From: Tubiluchus corallicola
Taxonomy: Eukaryota; Animalia; Priapulida
Assembly (NCBI GenBank): GCA_030141605.1
Contig: JAQGDQ010000059.1
Span: forward strand, 1-64,000
DNA length: 64,000 nt
Direction: 5' to 3'
The notes beneath the pieces are model-generated. The model saw nothing but the letters and a program-made list of their open reading frames with translations. It did not search any database and was not told the DNA's origin. A program made the translations under genes and the position numbers. Of this stretch, positions 23,866 to 37,599 are shown one piece after another. The stretch's first letter is position 1, and every line of letters begins with the position of its first letter.

Positions 23866-26422
23866 CTATTGGGTCTGTGCTGCTGTACTTGCTGCCACTT
23901 GTTCAGCTATTCGTTGCTGTTCCAAGTTTTTTTCCATGAACAATGCCATTATCTTATGGTTGATGTTGACATGCTTGGTAGAACACTTAGTAACACACTT
24001 CATCTAAAAACATATAAAGTAGAACCCATAATTAAAGTTAGTGATGCACACTAAAAATGTAAAAAACGGGGTTAACAAAGACAAAGGCAAATAAGGCAAT
24101 GGTAGCAAAGACAAACATAAAAAAGCAAGTGATTAAAAGGTAAAAGAAAAAGTCCAATATATAAAATCAAAGGCAATTTATGTAATAAGTAATTTTTAGC
24201 AACACAAATAAAAGGTAAAAAGCAAAAGAAAATTAGTCAAATATAAAGCCATAGGAATTATTCCGCTTGCAAAACCGAGGCAAAAACTCGGGATAATAAG
24301 AAATGAAAACCAACAAAACTGTTTTTAAATCATTATCAAAGAGGAATGGAGGCAGCAAAGAGACACTTATTTAGTTCTTTTCTATGTTGTTCTTTCCAAC
24401 CAGTGCTCACCATTTGAAAGAATGAAGCAGTTAAAATAACAAAAATGACTGACTACCTTGCCAAAGCAGACAATTCACATGAACTTGTATCCTTTTCCGA
24501 AAACGGCTAAAATTTACAATTCCCGCACACAAGAAATTAGTTCATGAAGCGGGTTAGGATTAGGGTTAGAGTTAGGATTAGGGTCAGGGTTAAGATTAGG
24601 ATCAGGGTTTGTTTAGGGTTTGATTAGGGTTAGCGTTGGGGTTAGGGACTGCACTTTGTTAGTAAATTTTGGGAGAAGATCAACAACAGAATTTTAAATA
24701 CAATGACCAAACAACTTTCTTCTTGATAATTCCAAAGCTCTACTTCATAAATAGATCACTCAAATTTCATTGCCCTGACGTATAGATAACAAGTAGGTTA
24801 ATAAATGGTGTTTTGCCAGGGAATATAATATTGCATTTGTGCATACAATCTTCTTCTAAAATGTTCAATTCTGTAAACAATAGATAGCAACTACAACTAT
24901 GACTGGTGCATATTATGTCTAACATGATTGAAAATTCCAGCAAACTTGTGTTAATTTGAATTCATCTATTTAACTTCATTTTCTAAATCATAATTTCATA
25001 GGTATAACAACAGTCCATAGTTCATCAAGTCTAATCTCTTTAATCCTCACCCTTTTAATCTTTACTCTTTTATTATTAAAATTCTTTTTATCTATCCAAT
25101 GCTTTTTTATTTTTGCATTTTTTGCCAATTTCGTTTTTTCCAATAAATTTGTTACCAATTATGCTTCACTTTTCTTTATTTATTGCCTTTTACCTGAATT
25201 GTTTTTTAACCTTTAGTCTTTTTTGTAATTGACTTTTTGGTCTCTTGCCTTTTCACATAACTCTAAGCAAAAGACACGAAGCAGTTTTTAAGTGCTAGCA
25301 AGTTAGGAAAAAAATTCATCCACTGACTAAATCATGCAGTTCTTAGACAAATTTGAAGTTAAAATAATGCAGAATAAAGCGTCTAAATTACAGATACACA
25401 TCTGTTGTTTTTCATGATAACCATTAATAGCTCGCCTGTAATTATGGATACACAATAATTCATTTGTCAATAATTTAACAATTTATTGTCTCTTATTCTA
25501 GCAAAAGCTTTTGCGTCATCACCCTTAGTTTTTGCCAAAAAGGCAAATGTTGTTGTTATTATGACATCATCTGCAAATAAGGACAACGAAAATCATATTT
25601 ACCTCTTCTTCACTAAGGCTTCTGCTGTATAAGTCGCTGACACATGCATCAAAACAAGCTTGAGTCACTTTATTATACAATGCCAGGAAATCTCTAAACT
25701 GAAATTAATGTCATATTTTGACTCATAATTTACAGCAACTTATTAAAAGAATATATAGATGCTTTGTATATGTATATATAGAAATGTATATATATATATA
25801 TATATTGTATACAAATACACACACACGCACGCACGCACATGCACGCACGCACGCACACACACACACACACACACGCCCTCGCACGCACGCACACACACAT
25901 ATCGTTGACTAATGTCTCTCGCCTGTTCATGAAACAAGAATTATGAAATACAAACTTTGTTCTTCATTTTTGAAAACTACACTTGCTGCAGCTGTGCCAC
26001 ATCAAGTTTTTTGGATTTGCAATACATTTCGCTATTATTTTGTTTCAACAAAGGATCAACATAATACACTACCGATACACTGAATGTACGATATATCGAT
26101 CACTTGAAGAAACCAGATAGTGCAAGATATAGGCTATACATCGCATCAAACTTCAGATCAAAAGACTAGGCCTTTCACCGTAACTGAAGATATTCTACAT
26201 TATATAACGAGATCATACCATATGTGTTGCTTCATTCACAGTCCACTGTTTACAAACAACACATTAGTAAATTATTTATATAAAAATTCTAATTTTGAAA
26301 ATACTTTTTATGAGGTAATATTTAAAATGACAACAATATTAGTGCGAATCACTTGTGAAATACATAAAATAAATTGTTACTTGTTTCAGAAGGCTTACAT
26401 TGTTTATAACCGGATCACCCAT
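23866..26422 (-). CDS. TIMM10B: Small Tim chaperone Tim10B (Tim9b/FXC1), 3 coding exons: 26422-26399, 25698-25603, 24003-23866, 85 aa
   Basis: Spliced translation MGDPVINN|FRDFLALYNKVTQACFDACVSDLYSRSLSEEE|MKCVTKCSTKHVNINHKIMALFMEKNLEQQRIAEQVAASTAAQTQ*. Twin CX3C motif (CFDAC, CVTKC) and the Tim10B-type RDFLxxYN and NHxIM signatures. All junctions are GT-AG, phase 0. Absent from the ORF track because each exon is short. Confidence 0.9.
24065..25262. mobile_element. Foldback-like / MITE element in Tim10B intron 2
   Basis: A-rich left arm (AAAGGCAA motifs, 24065-24250) mirrored by a T-rich right arm (TTGCCTTTT motifs, ~25040-25262). Degenerate (TTAGGG)n at 24551-24647. Confidence 0.4.
25816..25898. 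repeat. (CA)n/(CGCA)n compound microsatellite in Tim10B intron 1
   Basis: Direct reading; explains the HT/CV-repeat ORFs at 25718-25937. Confidence 0.95.
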
Positions 26423-27326
26423 AAAATGGTAACAGGTAAGATCATAGAATATAAAGAATCACTTTACTTTGTGCACCTATAAACAGAAAATTGGTTACGT
26501 ATAACCACAGTCACAAAAATATGCAAAAACTGATATATATTTTTGCATCATGTTCAAATGTACAGCAAGTCTCAAATTTTTTTAGCTATAGTTTTACAGC
26601 TTTGTTAGAAGCATCAAAAAAGAGGCGGCAGATGTATTTATTGCATTCCAACTTCAAGACATTCTCACATTGTACATTTGCCTCATTTCAAAACTTCTTT
26701 GTATCCTACACACCAATTTATACAGTTCTTGACTTCCACTAAATCATTTACATCTTAATTACATGTGAAACTTTGGGAACTTATGACAGTTTTAAGATAG
26801 ATTTGTAAGTGCAAGTTAAGGTGAGATTCATCATCCACATTTACATTTGGAATTTCATTGAGACTCTTTCTGCTCGCAAAGGTGTCCTCTTCTTCAAACA
26901 GAGCTTAAAAAGCTCTAACAGATTTACATTGTCACCACAGAAATTTTAGCTAACTCAACCAATTATTAATTAGCACATATACTGGACTAAAGTTTTATTG
27001 ATTTCATAAGTTTTTAAGGGAAGTACAAAAGTATTAAACTGAGATTTTAATACTTAATTGCTGTTAAATACAACTGGTAAATATTTAGGGCTGACAGTTA
27101 TCCTGTACATTTATTAAATTTGCTAAATGTTTACACGGTGCTTAGTGCTTACAAAAGAAAACGATTCCGCTTACCCCTGACTAATTATTAAACCTAATAT
27201 TCAGCTGTGTTACTACTCAAAGGGAATTTTAATGCAAAGATTAGTCAAATTTACCTGACATACAATGAAATTATAAATTAATAGTCAGATCAGTAAATCA
27301 ACCTTTCCGTAAAATTTTAAGGAACC

Positions 27327-30300
27327 AGTTTTTGGCATCGAGTAGAGCTGAGGTGTTTCATTTGTGTCCAATATACTTGTAATTTATACTGCATTTGCGA
27401 TTTTAAGCAAAATTTTATCAATTTTTGTGTGATTTTATGGCAAGTGGTACAACTAGAAGTGGGAAAAGACTACATGAAAACCCTGAGGAAATGGAGACAG
27501 GGACATTATCTATGCAACACCAAAGTAAGGCTGAATTTGCTACCTCTTACAAAAACTGATTCTCCCAAGTCAGTTCTGTCTGAGCATTCGTCTACTGTAA
27601 AAGATTTCGCAGACTTGAAATGAGCATTTTTGATTCGCAGCTGTCTTTGTTAATTACTACTGCTACTGTTGTTTAAAAAGAGGTGAAGAAATGGTCATGA
27701 TACCTTAAGGCGCTTTGCACATTTAGAAACTAGGCTAGATGTGTTGGAAAAATGACCTTGGCAGGAAATGAAGGCAGATTACTGGATGGCATGGAACCAG
27801 TTGAAACCTAAGGAAAAAGAATCAAGCTTTGCACAAGGTAATGAAAATGATTTGACTTTAAACATAGTTATATGTAATCTGCCGCAGCCTGAGGATGAAA
27901 ATGTTAGCTACAGTGTTAATAATTTATTTAAGGAAGGGATAAAGTTGAAAGACTGTGTGTGCAACAGCCAATCGTAAATGCTCATACAACAGTAAGAAGC
28001 CAGTTACTATTATTGCTAAACTGAGCACAACAGAGACCAAGAAAGCTGTTATGGACAACATATCTGATTTAGCAAAGTCAAAAACGTACAAAACTGTATA
28101 CATTGATAACAAATCTCGGCAGCAAAGATTACAGGAAGCCAACTTTAAAATGTTACTGAAAACATTGGGTACAAATTCATTGAGAATGAAGGGTGACAGA
28201 ATAGTCAAAGCATTGCCATTGGACAGTATTGGCAATGCCTCTGGACACAGTACACATAGTACAGCTGCAGTTACAGTAGCCAGTTCTAGTGCAACCCTGA
28301 GTACAACCAATTTGCAAGGGCAATGCTTCATCGATGGCAGACCTGTTTTGTTACTATGCTAATTGCAGTACTTTAGTTAATAAGATGGGTTACTGAACAT
28401 GTCTGCCTAGCATTCACGGAGACATGGTTGAAGTCTGGCACCACTACTGGAATGTTTACAAATGGGTGCAATTTCAATGTGTTCAGAAAGGACAGATGTA
28501 GAGACACTAGAGGTGGAGGCGTTGCCTTATTTATTAGTTCGTTATTGTCTGCATCTTTAGTCAAACTGCCTGTGATTTTTGATAATCTTGAAATTTTAGC
28601 TGCTGATGATGTGTCCAGTGATTGTCCTTTCCGAATTGTTGTGCTGCATCGCCCTCCTGACATATACATTGAAGACTCTAAATGCTTATTCAATTGCATA
28701 GAGTAAAATGTAAATTTTCCCACAGTTCTTATTTGGGATTTTAATTTACCAGAGTTGACCTGGGATGAGTCATGTAGGCCTACTTGTGCAGAGGGTTCAA
28801 ACTTATATAGTTCCTTTTTAGAAATAGTTGTTCCACAGAGATTTGAACAATTTGTAACAACACCAACAAGAGTTGACAGTCTTTCAAGTCGTGCATCATT
28901 TTTGGATCTGTGTTTTTGTACAGATGAGGCATTTGTTTATAAATGTTGATGTCATAGAACCTATGGTAACTATTGATCACTTGGCAATCTCATTTATGTG
29001 CCAAGGCCCTACAAGAGTGAAATCCACCAGTAAATGCTTTAGAAAGGAATATGAAAATGCAGACTGGGATAATATGGTTTATGGCCTAAGCTTTATAAAC
29101 TGGAGCAACACTTTTGTAAGTTGCTATGACGTACATGATTTTTGGAGTACTTTTACAAATTATTTTAATCATTGTATTGAGAGTTATGTTTCAACTAAAG
29201 TTTTCCATGCAAATTTTAAAGACTCCAAATAAAAAAGTGTTTTTTAAATATGTGCGTAAGCAAAGGCGTAATTTAGGGCCAAAGGTAATTTAGTTAATGT
29301 GATGACATTTCTGAAGCCAAGATTTTAAATGACCATTTTTCCAAAAATTTCACTGTTGATGATGGTAATTTATCTGCTATTGAAATGAAGATCACTCCTG
29401 ATGTAGGTATAGGATTGGTTAATTTCCCCTTTTCATGATTAAAAGAAGTTAGTGTAAAAAAAAACGAACTCCTGATGAAATCCCTGCTGTATTTTACAAA
29501 AAACTTGCCAGTGTATTGTATGTCTCTCTATCAATTAAATTTGAAAAGTCTTTCATTGGTGGTGTTTTATGAGCAGTATGGAAACCGGCAGATGTAAACC
29601 CAATATTCAAGAAAGGCGAGATTTCTGATTAAAACAACTACAGGCCAGTATCACTGACTAGTGTAGCATGTAAATTGATAGAGATGGTTATTGCAGAAAA
29701 TGTCATTCAGTACCCAAGAATGAAATTTTTTTCTCTCGTGAACAACAAGGTTTTCTAACCCGCAGGCAAATCAACATGTATACACTTGTTAGAACATTTG
29801 TATGACAGTAACCTGGCAGTAGATCTGGGAAAGAATACTGATATTATTTATATAGACTTTAAAAAGGTCTTCGATACAATTAGTCATACAAAGCTTTTGC
29901 ACAAATTACAGTATTTTGGTATAATTGGTCTACTGTTACAATGGATTGCTTGTTTTCTCACATAAAGAAAACAGCATGTTGTTATCAATTGGTAATTCAG
30001 TTTCAGATTATGTAACAGTCACCACAAGGAACTATTTTAGGGCCCCATTTTATTTTTACTTTTCAACAATGATTTGCCTGAAAAAGTGGGTCTTGTAAAT
30101 CTTAAGCTTTTTGCTGATCACGTCACGTTGTTTCAACACCTCTGTAGTGATGGGTCGTGTGATATACAGCGAGCATTAGATAGCATTACTGAATGGGCAG
30201 ACACGTGGCAATTAAAGTGCAATGCTGTTCACATTGGTAGAAACAATCCTCGTAATAGCTATTTTGTTTCAGATAATGAAATTGAATCAGTGAATGTTGC

Positions 30301-30640
30301 GTGTGATCTTGGCATTACCATTTCACTAAACTTAAAATCTAGTGCACATTGTATTGAAGTGTGCTTGAAAGCTAACAGAGTAATTAATACGGTTTTTAGA
30401 ATACTTAGTACAAATAGTAAGGATGTTCTTCTTAAGCATATAAAACATGTAAGACCAATCGTTAAATTTATATTGTGCACAACTATGGCATCCATATCAG
30501 CTAGGTAACATTGATATTATAGAGAGCATTCAAAGATATTTTACTCATACTCTTTTTAGATGCGGCACGGCTCATACCTCATACCCCGGCAACCTAAGTT
30601 TTAAATTTAAAGTCATTAGAAGACAAATTCAAAATGACCT
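27327..30640 (+). mobile_element. Near full-length decayed CR1/L2-clade LINE (ORF1, APE endonuclease, RT)
   Basis: ORF1 remnants NIVICNLPQPEDENV and VYIDN. Endonuclease motifs RKDR..RGGGVALFI, DFNLP, FLDLCF, IDHLAI. RT motifs PIFKKG..NYRPVSLTS, YIDFKKVFD, LGPILFLLFNNDL, KLFADH. Many stops and frameshifts. Confidence 0.9.
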
Positions 30641-30649
30641 ATGTATGTT

Positions 30650-31093
30650 CTTAGTGAAATTATGAAACATGATTACAGCAGAGTCAGAATGCTGTTTCTC
30701 AACAATGAGAAGAATAAAAACTTTTCTAAAGAGCACTATGAGTCCTAAAAGACTAAATGCACTTGCAGTGCTTTCAATTGAAAAAAAATTCCTCAATAGC
30801 CATCCAGATATCAAAGAGAAAATTATTAATCTTTTTACGTAAAGTAAAGCAAGAGGGATTCCATTTTTAAATGAATGTTTCAAACTTGACTTGCGACAAT
30901 TTAGGATATTAGTAAGTAAAGAATATTTTTTGTTTAAGATTTTTTCAAGTTTATGTATAAATTTTCATATTTCTTCAAAATTACAATTACAACATTAAAA
31001 TTACATATTTGTTTCGTTTTACACAGTACTAAAACAATGGCCAAAAATTTTCTGAAACAGCACCCCCCTAATTTTAGCTACGAGCCGCCTCAT
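30650..31093 (+). mobile_element. 3' end of a hAT DNA transposon
   Basis: Translation TAESECCFSTMRRIKTFLKSTMSPKRLNALAVLSIEKK is a hAT C-terminal dimerisation domain. The terminal CAGCACCCCC..TAATTTTAGCTACGAGCCGCC is shared with the MITE at 47767-48114. Confidence 0.85.
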
Positions 31094-34000
31094 GTTTATC
31101 CGAAGTACCTGCCGCCCTATGCATCACTCACTCTCACACATTCACTTGTCGACGTCTAATTGTGGTCCACCGTTCGTACAAAATCTATCTATCTAGTAGA
31201 GCAAATCGTCTGCGGAGTGAGTGTGGACGTTGGTTTGGCCAGTTTTGCCTCCGTAAATTTCTGTATTATCTTATCGCACGTGCTTATGTCTTTCACTCTT
31301 ATAAGTCTTGATGTAAAAGAAATTAAAGAAAATTCACAAGAAGAGAACCGAGAGGGCTTCTCCGAAAAAATTCGATTCAGCTCTAGTTTGTTTGGACTAA
31401 TATTATACCAGAAACATGGGATAAACGTAAAATAACTATACAGCATACACAAAGTTTCATTATGCATCAGGGACGAAAATTTGGTGATCCAAACAGGCAG
31501 ACACGCGGTTTAGTTACTTTGACTTACAAAAGAAAATTAAAATATAGTTATAGCCTATAATAGGCCTTCTGGGAGCAGAATAAACTAGTCTGAAGTTGCG
31601 TTTATATAACATTTGTATGTGTTATGAGGGAGCAGAATAGGTAAAATAGGCTTATATTGTTTTCAAGGCATCCGTTTATCTGAACTGCATTATGCGTTCT
31701 TTTTTTTCTACAGCTATTTCTCATTGATTTTTTTCCGCAGGTGCTAGCGCATAACGCATACGCGTTCCGGATGCTACGTAAACGCCACTTAAAAGCAATT
31801 GTTTCACCCATTGAAATGATCTTTTGGGCAGCCAATAAACATTATAATTATTGCACTTATATAATACTCTTATCTATACGAGTGTTGGAGATTAGTCCAT
31901 GTCAGCCAGTCTTTGACATCTTCCTCTGCCTTCCAATATTCTAATGCAAACTCAATCATGCAAAAATACATTAGGCTGGGCCACAAATCACGCTACCTAG
32001 TAATTGACAATAATAGACTAAAATTTTATGGGAATCCTCGTGCATTTGCTGATCAGTGATTGCTAGGTAATTTTTTAGAACTTCCACAGTTTATGTAAAA
32101 GGAAATAAGTATTTTTGGGACTGCATTCTGGCTAGTTGGTTTCTTCTAAAGCGCTCAATGAACAGGCTTATTAGAGCTTATTAGATGAATTGCTGCGCTA
32201 GTTACTCTGCTAATGAATTATGGTGTGAATAGATTTTTTGTGGCGCACATTCTCCTTTTAGGTATTGTTTGGGATACATTAGATGTTTATAGAAGTTAGC
32301 TCTGTGATATTTTTTAAAAACATGCTAATGTAAATTTCCTGTGTATTGTGCTTCATTCATATACTACACATGATACTAAAATATAGTAAATGATATAGTA
32401 ACTCTGATTAACGTAGATAACTAGACAGTAGGAGCCAATTGACCAATTTCATTTGTTATAATATATAACTGCTATAATATATAGTTGCTATATTGTTACA
32501 GTCAAGATTACATATTTACATGTCATAACGATTTTGATTGAAGTGATGATTCTTAGAAAAAAATCTTAGAGAGTTAGAAAAATAGTAAATCGTTTAAGAT
32601 TTAATAAAGAATAATAAAATAATTAGGCAAAACAACAAATTATTTGTTGAGCACATCTGTTCACCAAATAAACACAACAGTTTGTTCTAACTGTAACAAC
32701 ATAACTCATAATAGTTCAGTATGCTTTCTGGTTAAATTGAGTAGACTTACCAGTACTTACCTGGAAGGTGACCACATCTGGCTTTATCTTTAACGTCCTA
32801 GTTTTTTATCTTTCATTCAAATTTCAATGTGGTCAATTAAAGTAATGGCATTTGACAAATTCAACTATTAAATACTGAAACTTTTTGGTCAATTTTAGTT
32901 AACTGTAATTGACGTTTTGATAAGAAACAAATTACTTTATTAAAAGGAATACATATAATTATTTCATTTCAGATCAAATGTATACGTTGGGAAATGGCAT
33001 CTCAACACATGTCAAATGTGAAGTGAAATGGCAATCAAAAGGAGACGAGCCATGATGATGGTTAACGAACAGTAAGATATTATACTAATCAGTTTGACCA
33101 CTTTGTTTATTTGTCACCATAAAAACCCAAACATTATTAATGCCCAACTGTCTCGTGCCCACGCATTCTGCACCTAAATGTCACTTACCCTCTGGCAGTA
33201 TTGTTTCTATAGCTTGCCCACACACATACTGGAACACTTCAATTATATCTTTAATTCTTAATGTTCTTCACCACAGCTATATGTGTAGGTGTAGTCTCTC
33301 AAGCCCTGCATGCTTCATACAATCTCACGCCTCCAACTCAGGTACATTTCTCGTAGCTTTTTTACACTCTGTCTATGATAATTTCCTGAGCATTTTTTCC
33401 TGTGCCATTTTCCCCCATGCCATTTTTGCCTACTTTCTGTAAGAACACCATGACATTATTTCCGTGTAGCTTTACAAATCACGTTGTTTCTCGTTGCTTC
33501 CGTTGTCTCCTCGGTTTCCACTCTATCTGGTTAGATAGGCACAAATGAATAGACCATGCAAGACACAAATAACATAATCAACCTTGACATCAATCATGCT
33601 GCTTATAATAACCTAAATTGTGGTAACCTTTTCACAGCCTGATTGCCATATAATCCAACTTAAAATTTTATTTTCTTACTTAAGTTTATTTATGTTGTCT
33701 TCAGGGATCATTGTTCACATCAATGCAAAAAACCTCACTGGCAAGAACTACTCCAATCATCAGGGAAGGGGGAAGCAGTATTGCAGCAACAGACTTCTGT
33801 CCTTCAAAAAGAGTTCAAGCTTTGAGTTTTTAAGAAGGTGGAGGAAAACACTGGTACAATTTTTAAAACTTTTAAAGTTCTTGTAAGAAAACATAACTAA
33901 TTTTGTGAATACGACCAATCGTTTAATTAAATCCAGAAACAACTATAACCCATTTAGCATATTTTAAAGCATGTTCGGTATGTCCCGTAGTTCTTGCGTG

Positions 34001-36119
34001 CAACAATTTGACTAACTGGAATGGAAATATGCAGCAATGAACTGATTTCCTGTCAGTTCTCTTTCGTAGTTCCGTTTTGTTGATGGCAACCGAAATTTCA
34101 TTTTTTACATAATTTACCACACTTACCACAATTGCTGGCTTGTGCTTGTTGGAAATTATTGACTTGTAATCCTTGAGATCTAAAGGCAGAAACGGTATTA
34201 GCTTACACTTTTAGGGTATGAATGTACTTTATACAACCGCACATCTTTGAATCAGGACTTTCCTTTAAAATTCCGAATTTATATTATTTGCTAAATCTCG
34301 TGATATCATTTTCGGCATGAACTAATCACGGCAAATGCGTAGTCGGTTAGGCTCATAGTTTGGCTAAATTTTTCTTTTAAATACTGCAACTATTACGATT
34401 ATGGTTTAGTGACACTCCCCTAAATGCCAGCCTAGGCTATAGTTTGCATTGAGGTTGCCACTCTCATAGCGTTTTTAAATTTAATTACATTCTCTGAAAA
34501 GCTATTACATTTCTTCGAAGACAATTCCATGAACTAATCAGATGATGACTAAAGAAATATTTCCACAATTTCAGTGTTGTTACAGATTCTACCGAAAATG
34601 TCTAGGAATAGGATATTTAACCATTTGCTTTTAGCTAGTAGCCTCAATTGTCAATAAGCCTGTAGAGGCTGTAATACTTGATGACTCACGATGAACATTC
34701 TCATGTTTGAGATGAGATAATACATCTCTATAGTACCGTGTATATATGTTACAGGCAATGTGTAGAATGCTTGGGCATTTTGCAGAGTGTCAATACAAAC
34801 CAGGTAATGTGTCTAAAGTAGCTCCTACACTTTTCTTAGGTATTATGTGTAATACAAAGTCTGTCTAGGCAAAATATGTAATTCTTAACATAACATTAGC
34901 TAACATAATGTTAAGTAAATAAGCATGTAGCATAAGTAAGTAAGAGGTAAGCCAGTCAGTTGGTAAGTACTACTGCAGGAGGAATACTAGGCGACAAGAA
35001 ATGGTGGGTAAACTTTTATTCCATTTGGGTCAACAACGAGCAACAGCTGTACATTGGTAAGCTTTATTTTGTTAAGTACCAACATTTAAGCATATTTCCG
35101 TCAGTATTATCACACAGCAAGATACACGTTGCCCAGGAAAATGTGTGTAATACACTGTAAAAGTATGTAGTAAATTGTCCCGCTTTCTGATAAAATTTTA
35201 GTTATTTAAACAATTCATTGCTCATTGCAGTTCTTGCAAATGAAACACACAAAGCTCCACCCAGTTATGTTGTACATATTAATAAGTTAACGTGTCAACT
35301 TACAAATTTCTGCTTATCTGATTGGAGAGAAATAATGTTCAAGGCCCACCCACTGTGCATATAAATTCTCATGTGCTTGTTCTTTTCTGATTGGAGGATT
35401 GTTAGACGTCTGCCTAAAAACAGTTAAGCCTTTGAGTGCCACAGTACTACAGCTAAACATCTGGGCTGGCTTTAATCATTTTGACAACAAGTAATTGTGA
35501 ACTACTACAGCCAACACAAATGTTTTAAAAGCATTATTCATGGAGCAGCACACTTCCCAAATGCAGGAAAGCTAAGATTTCCTGTTCGTAAAGTGGTGCA
35601 CAATTGCTGTGCTACAGTCTGTTTCCTAGATCCACCATTGAGAATAATGAGATGAGCAAGTACATCTAACCGTTACCCGTACGTTGTGGACCGTAGCCCG
35701 TAAATTAAAACCAACCCGCTGTGCTGCGCATCCTAGTTGATGAACTATCACAAGACTTCATTCATATCAGCAGAGTGCTTACGTAACCTATACTATAGTA
35801 TACACTATTTGCTCACTAGCTGCGTGGGTGAAAAGGTCCTACAACATCGAATATGTTATGGGAAATATTCGGACATTCGGTACCATAGCAACAAGGGTTT
35901 CATAAGGGAAATTCATTGCATCATTGCAGTACTGAAAACAACATGCGGAGTTCTGGATCTGTAGCAACATTAATCCAAGGTGCTTTATTGTTCGTTGTGC
36001 ATTAATATTCGGAGTTTGCACAAATGGTGATTCCAATGTGGCAGACTCTGAAAACATGGGAGTTTATGTACAACCAACGAATGTGTGAATAGTTGAATAA
36101 CCTAACCGCCTCAAAATTA

Positions 36120-37250
36120 ATATGTATTTTGAAAAGCATTCGATAGTGTGTAGATTGAGAGCATATGGGATTGAGGTAGGCATCATTATGTGGACAGCTT
36201 TTTACTGGTTGGAAAAAGTCATCATGCAGGGATGTTGTTCAAACTGGCAAAAGGTGGATAGTGGAGTTCTGCAGGTCAGCACCCTCGGTCCAGTATTATT
36301 TCTCATCTACATCAATGACCTTCCAGAAGAAGTAGTGTCTGAGATCTTTTTGTTTGCAGTACTAAGTTGTTCAGTGTAATTGATACACAGCAAGCTAGAG
36401 AAAACATTCAAGAGGATCCCCGTAGCTCGACCAAATGGAAGAACATTGGGTGCTAGCTGTCCATCCTGATAAATCTAAGGTGAACACACAGGAAGGATAA
36501 CCCAACTTTTGGTCACACGATGGTTAGAGATGAAGTTAATCACCCGGATACTATGAAGTGACTCAGAGAAAGACTTTGGAATTACTTTTCATACACTTCT
36601 TATATAAAATTTGAACATCATATCCAGGAAAGATAAGCAAAGCTAAGAAAATGGTGGAATAAAAACTAGATCTTTTGTCACTTTGACCTGTAGTATGTTC
36701 ATCTGTCTGTACAAAGCAATTGAAAGACCCCATCTTGAGTTTTGGAGCTCAGTGTGGCACACATCAATGGTCAAATATATCGATCAATGAGAACAAATAC
36801 AAAGATTCAATGTTGGCAAGAAGGCTAAGTGATTTGAAAGGATTATCATATACTAACTGGTTGAAGTTCCTGAAATTGTCAACCCTAGCATACAAGAGCT
36901 TGAGAGGCAATATGATAGAGGCTTATAAAATTTTAACGAATATATACGCTATAGGTGTAAGCCCACCATTGCAATTGAGATTGCAGGTGGCTAGATCGAT
37001 CACCCGAGGCCATTCGTTAAAGTTCAGATCTAATAAGTCTATAGGATTGAATCATTTTTCACACAGAATTCTGGATTCATGGAACAGTTTGCCTAACAAT
37101 AAATGCACACCAAGTGTAGATGCTTTTGAGAAAAGGTTGGACAAGCATATAGCTAGGAGAAAGATTACAATTACAAGGCCTCCTTTGACGATATATGGGC
37201 CAGAAGATTACTTTGTCGAAACAACATAAGGCAACATAAGGTAAGGTAAG
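36120..37250 (+). mobile_element. 5'-truncated CR1-type LINE
   Basis: SGVLQVSTLGPVLFLIYINDLP, later RGNMIEAYKI, TRGHSLK, HFSHRILDSWNSLP; ends in an (AAGGT)n tail. Confidence 0.88.
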
Positions 37251-37599
37251 TAAATTAGTTCTAACACTAGGACAATGTTATCAGAATAGCCGAAAGCTGA
37301 TAAAAAGCTTTAAAAAGAAATCAGTTGGCCGTACTATAGTATCGTCATTCAAAATATTTTATAAATTTACTAAATCAATAGTACTACTTCATGTTCTGAA
37401 ATTATTCGAGGTGTTGAATGTACCTACATTCACATTCGTGTTACATACATACATACATATGCATGTGATACTGTGGCAACCATACAACAGCAGCATATTA
37501 CGAACCAAATTTTTATACAAAGGCAAACTAACAGACGAACCTTTACTGATTACAGTACTTCTTTATTATACCAACACGTCTATTGGCTTTCTTTTCTAA

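Noticed and set aside
23650-23868. Tim10B-Dcp2 fusion protein by stop-codon readthrough (the gap is a multiple of 3)
   Set aside because: An in-frame TAA occurs 8 codons after the Tim10B stop.
24551-24647. True telomere or chromosome fusion site
   Set aside because: Short, degenerate, single orientation and embedded in an intronic repeat element.
27327-30640. Active or domesticated retroelement
   Set aside because: Numerous stops and frameshifts, and the catalytic motif is mutated (FADH instead of FADD).
31160-31467. ~90-aa ORFs on both strands
   Set aside because: No recognisable family motifs or exon structure; adjacent to TE remnants; cannot be supported without a homology search.
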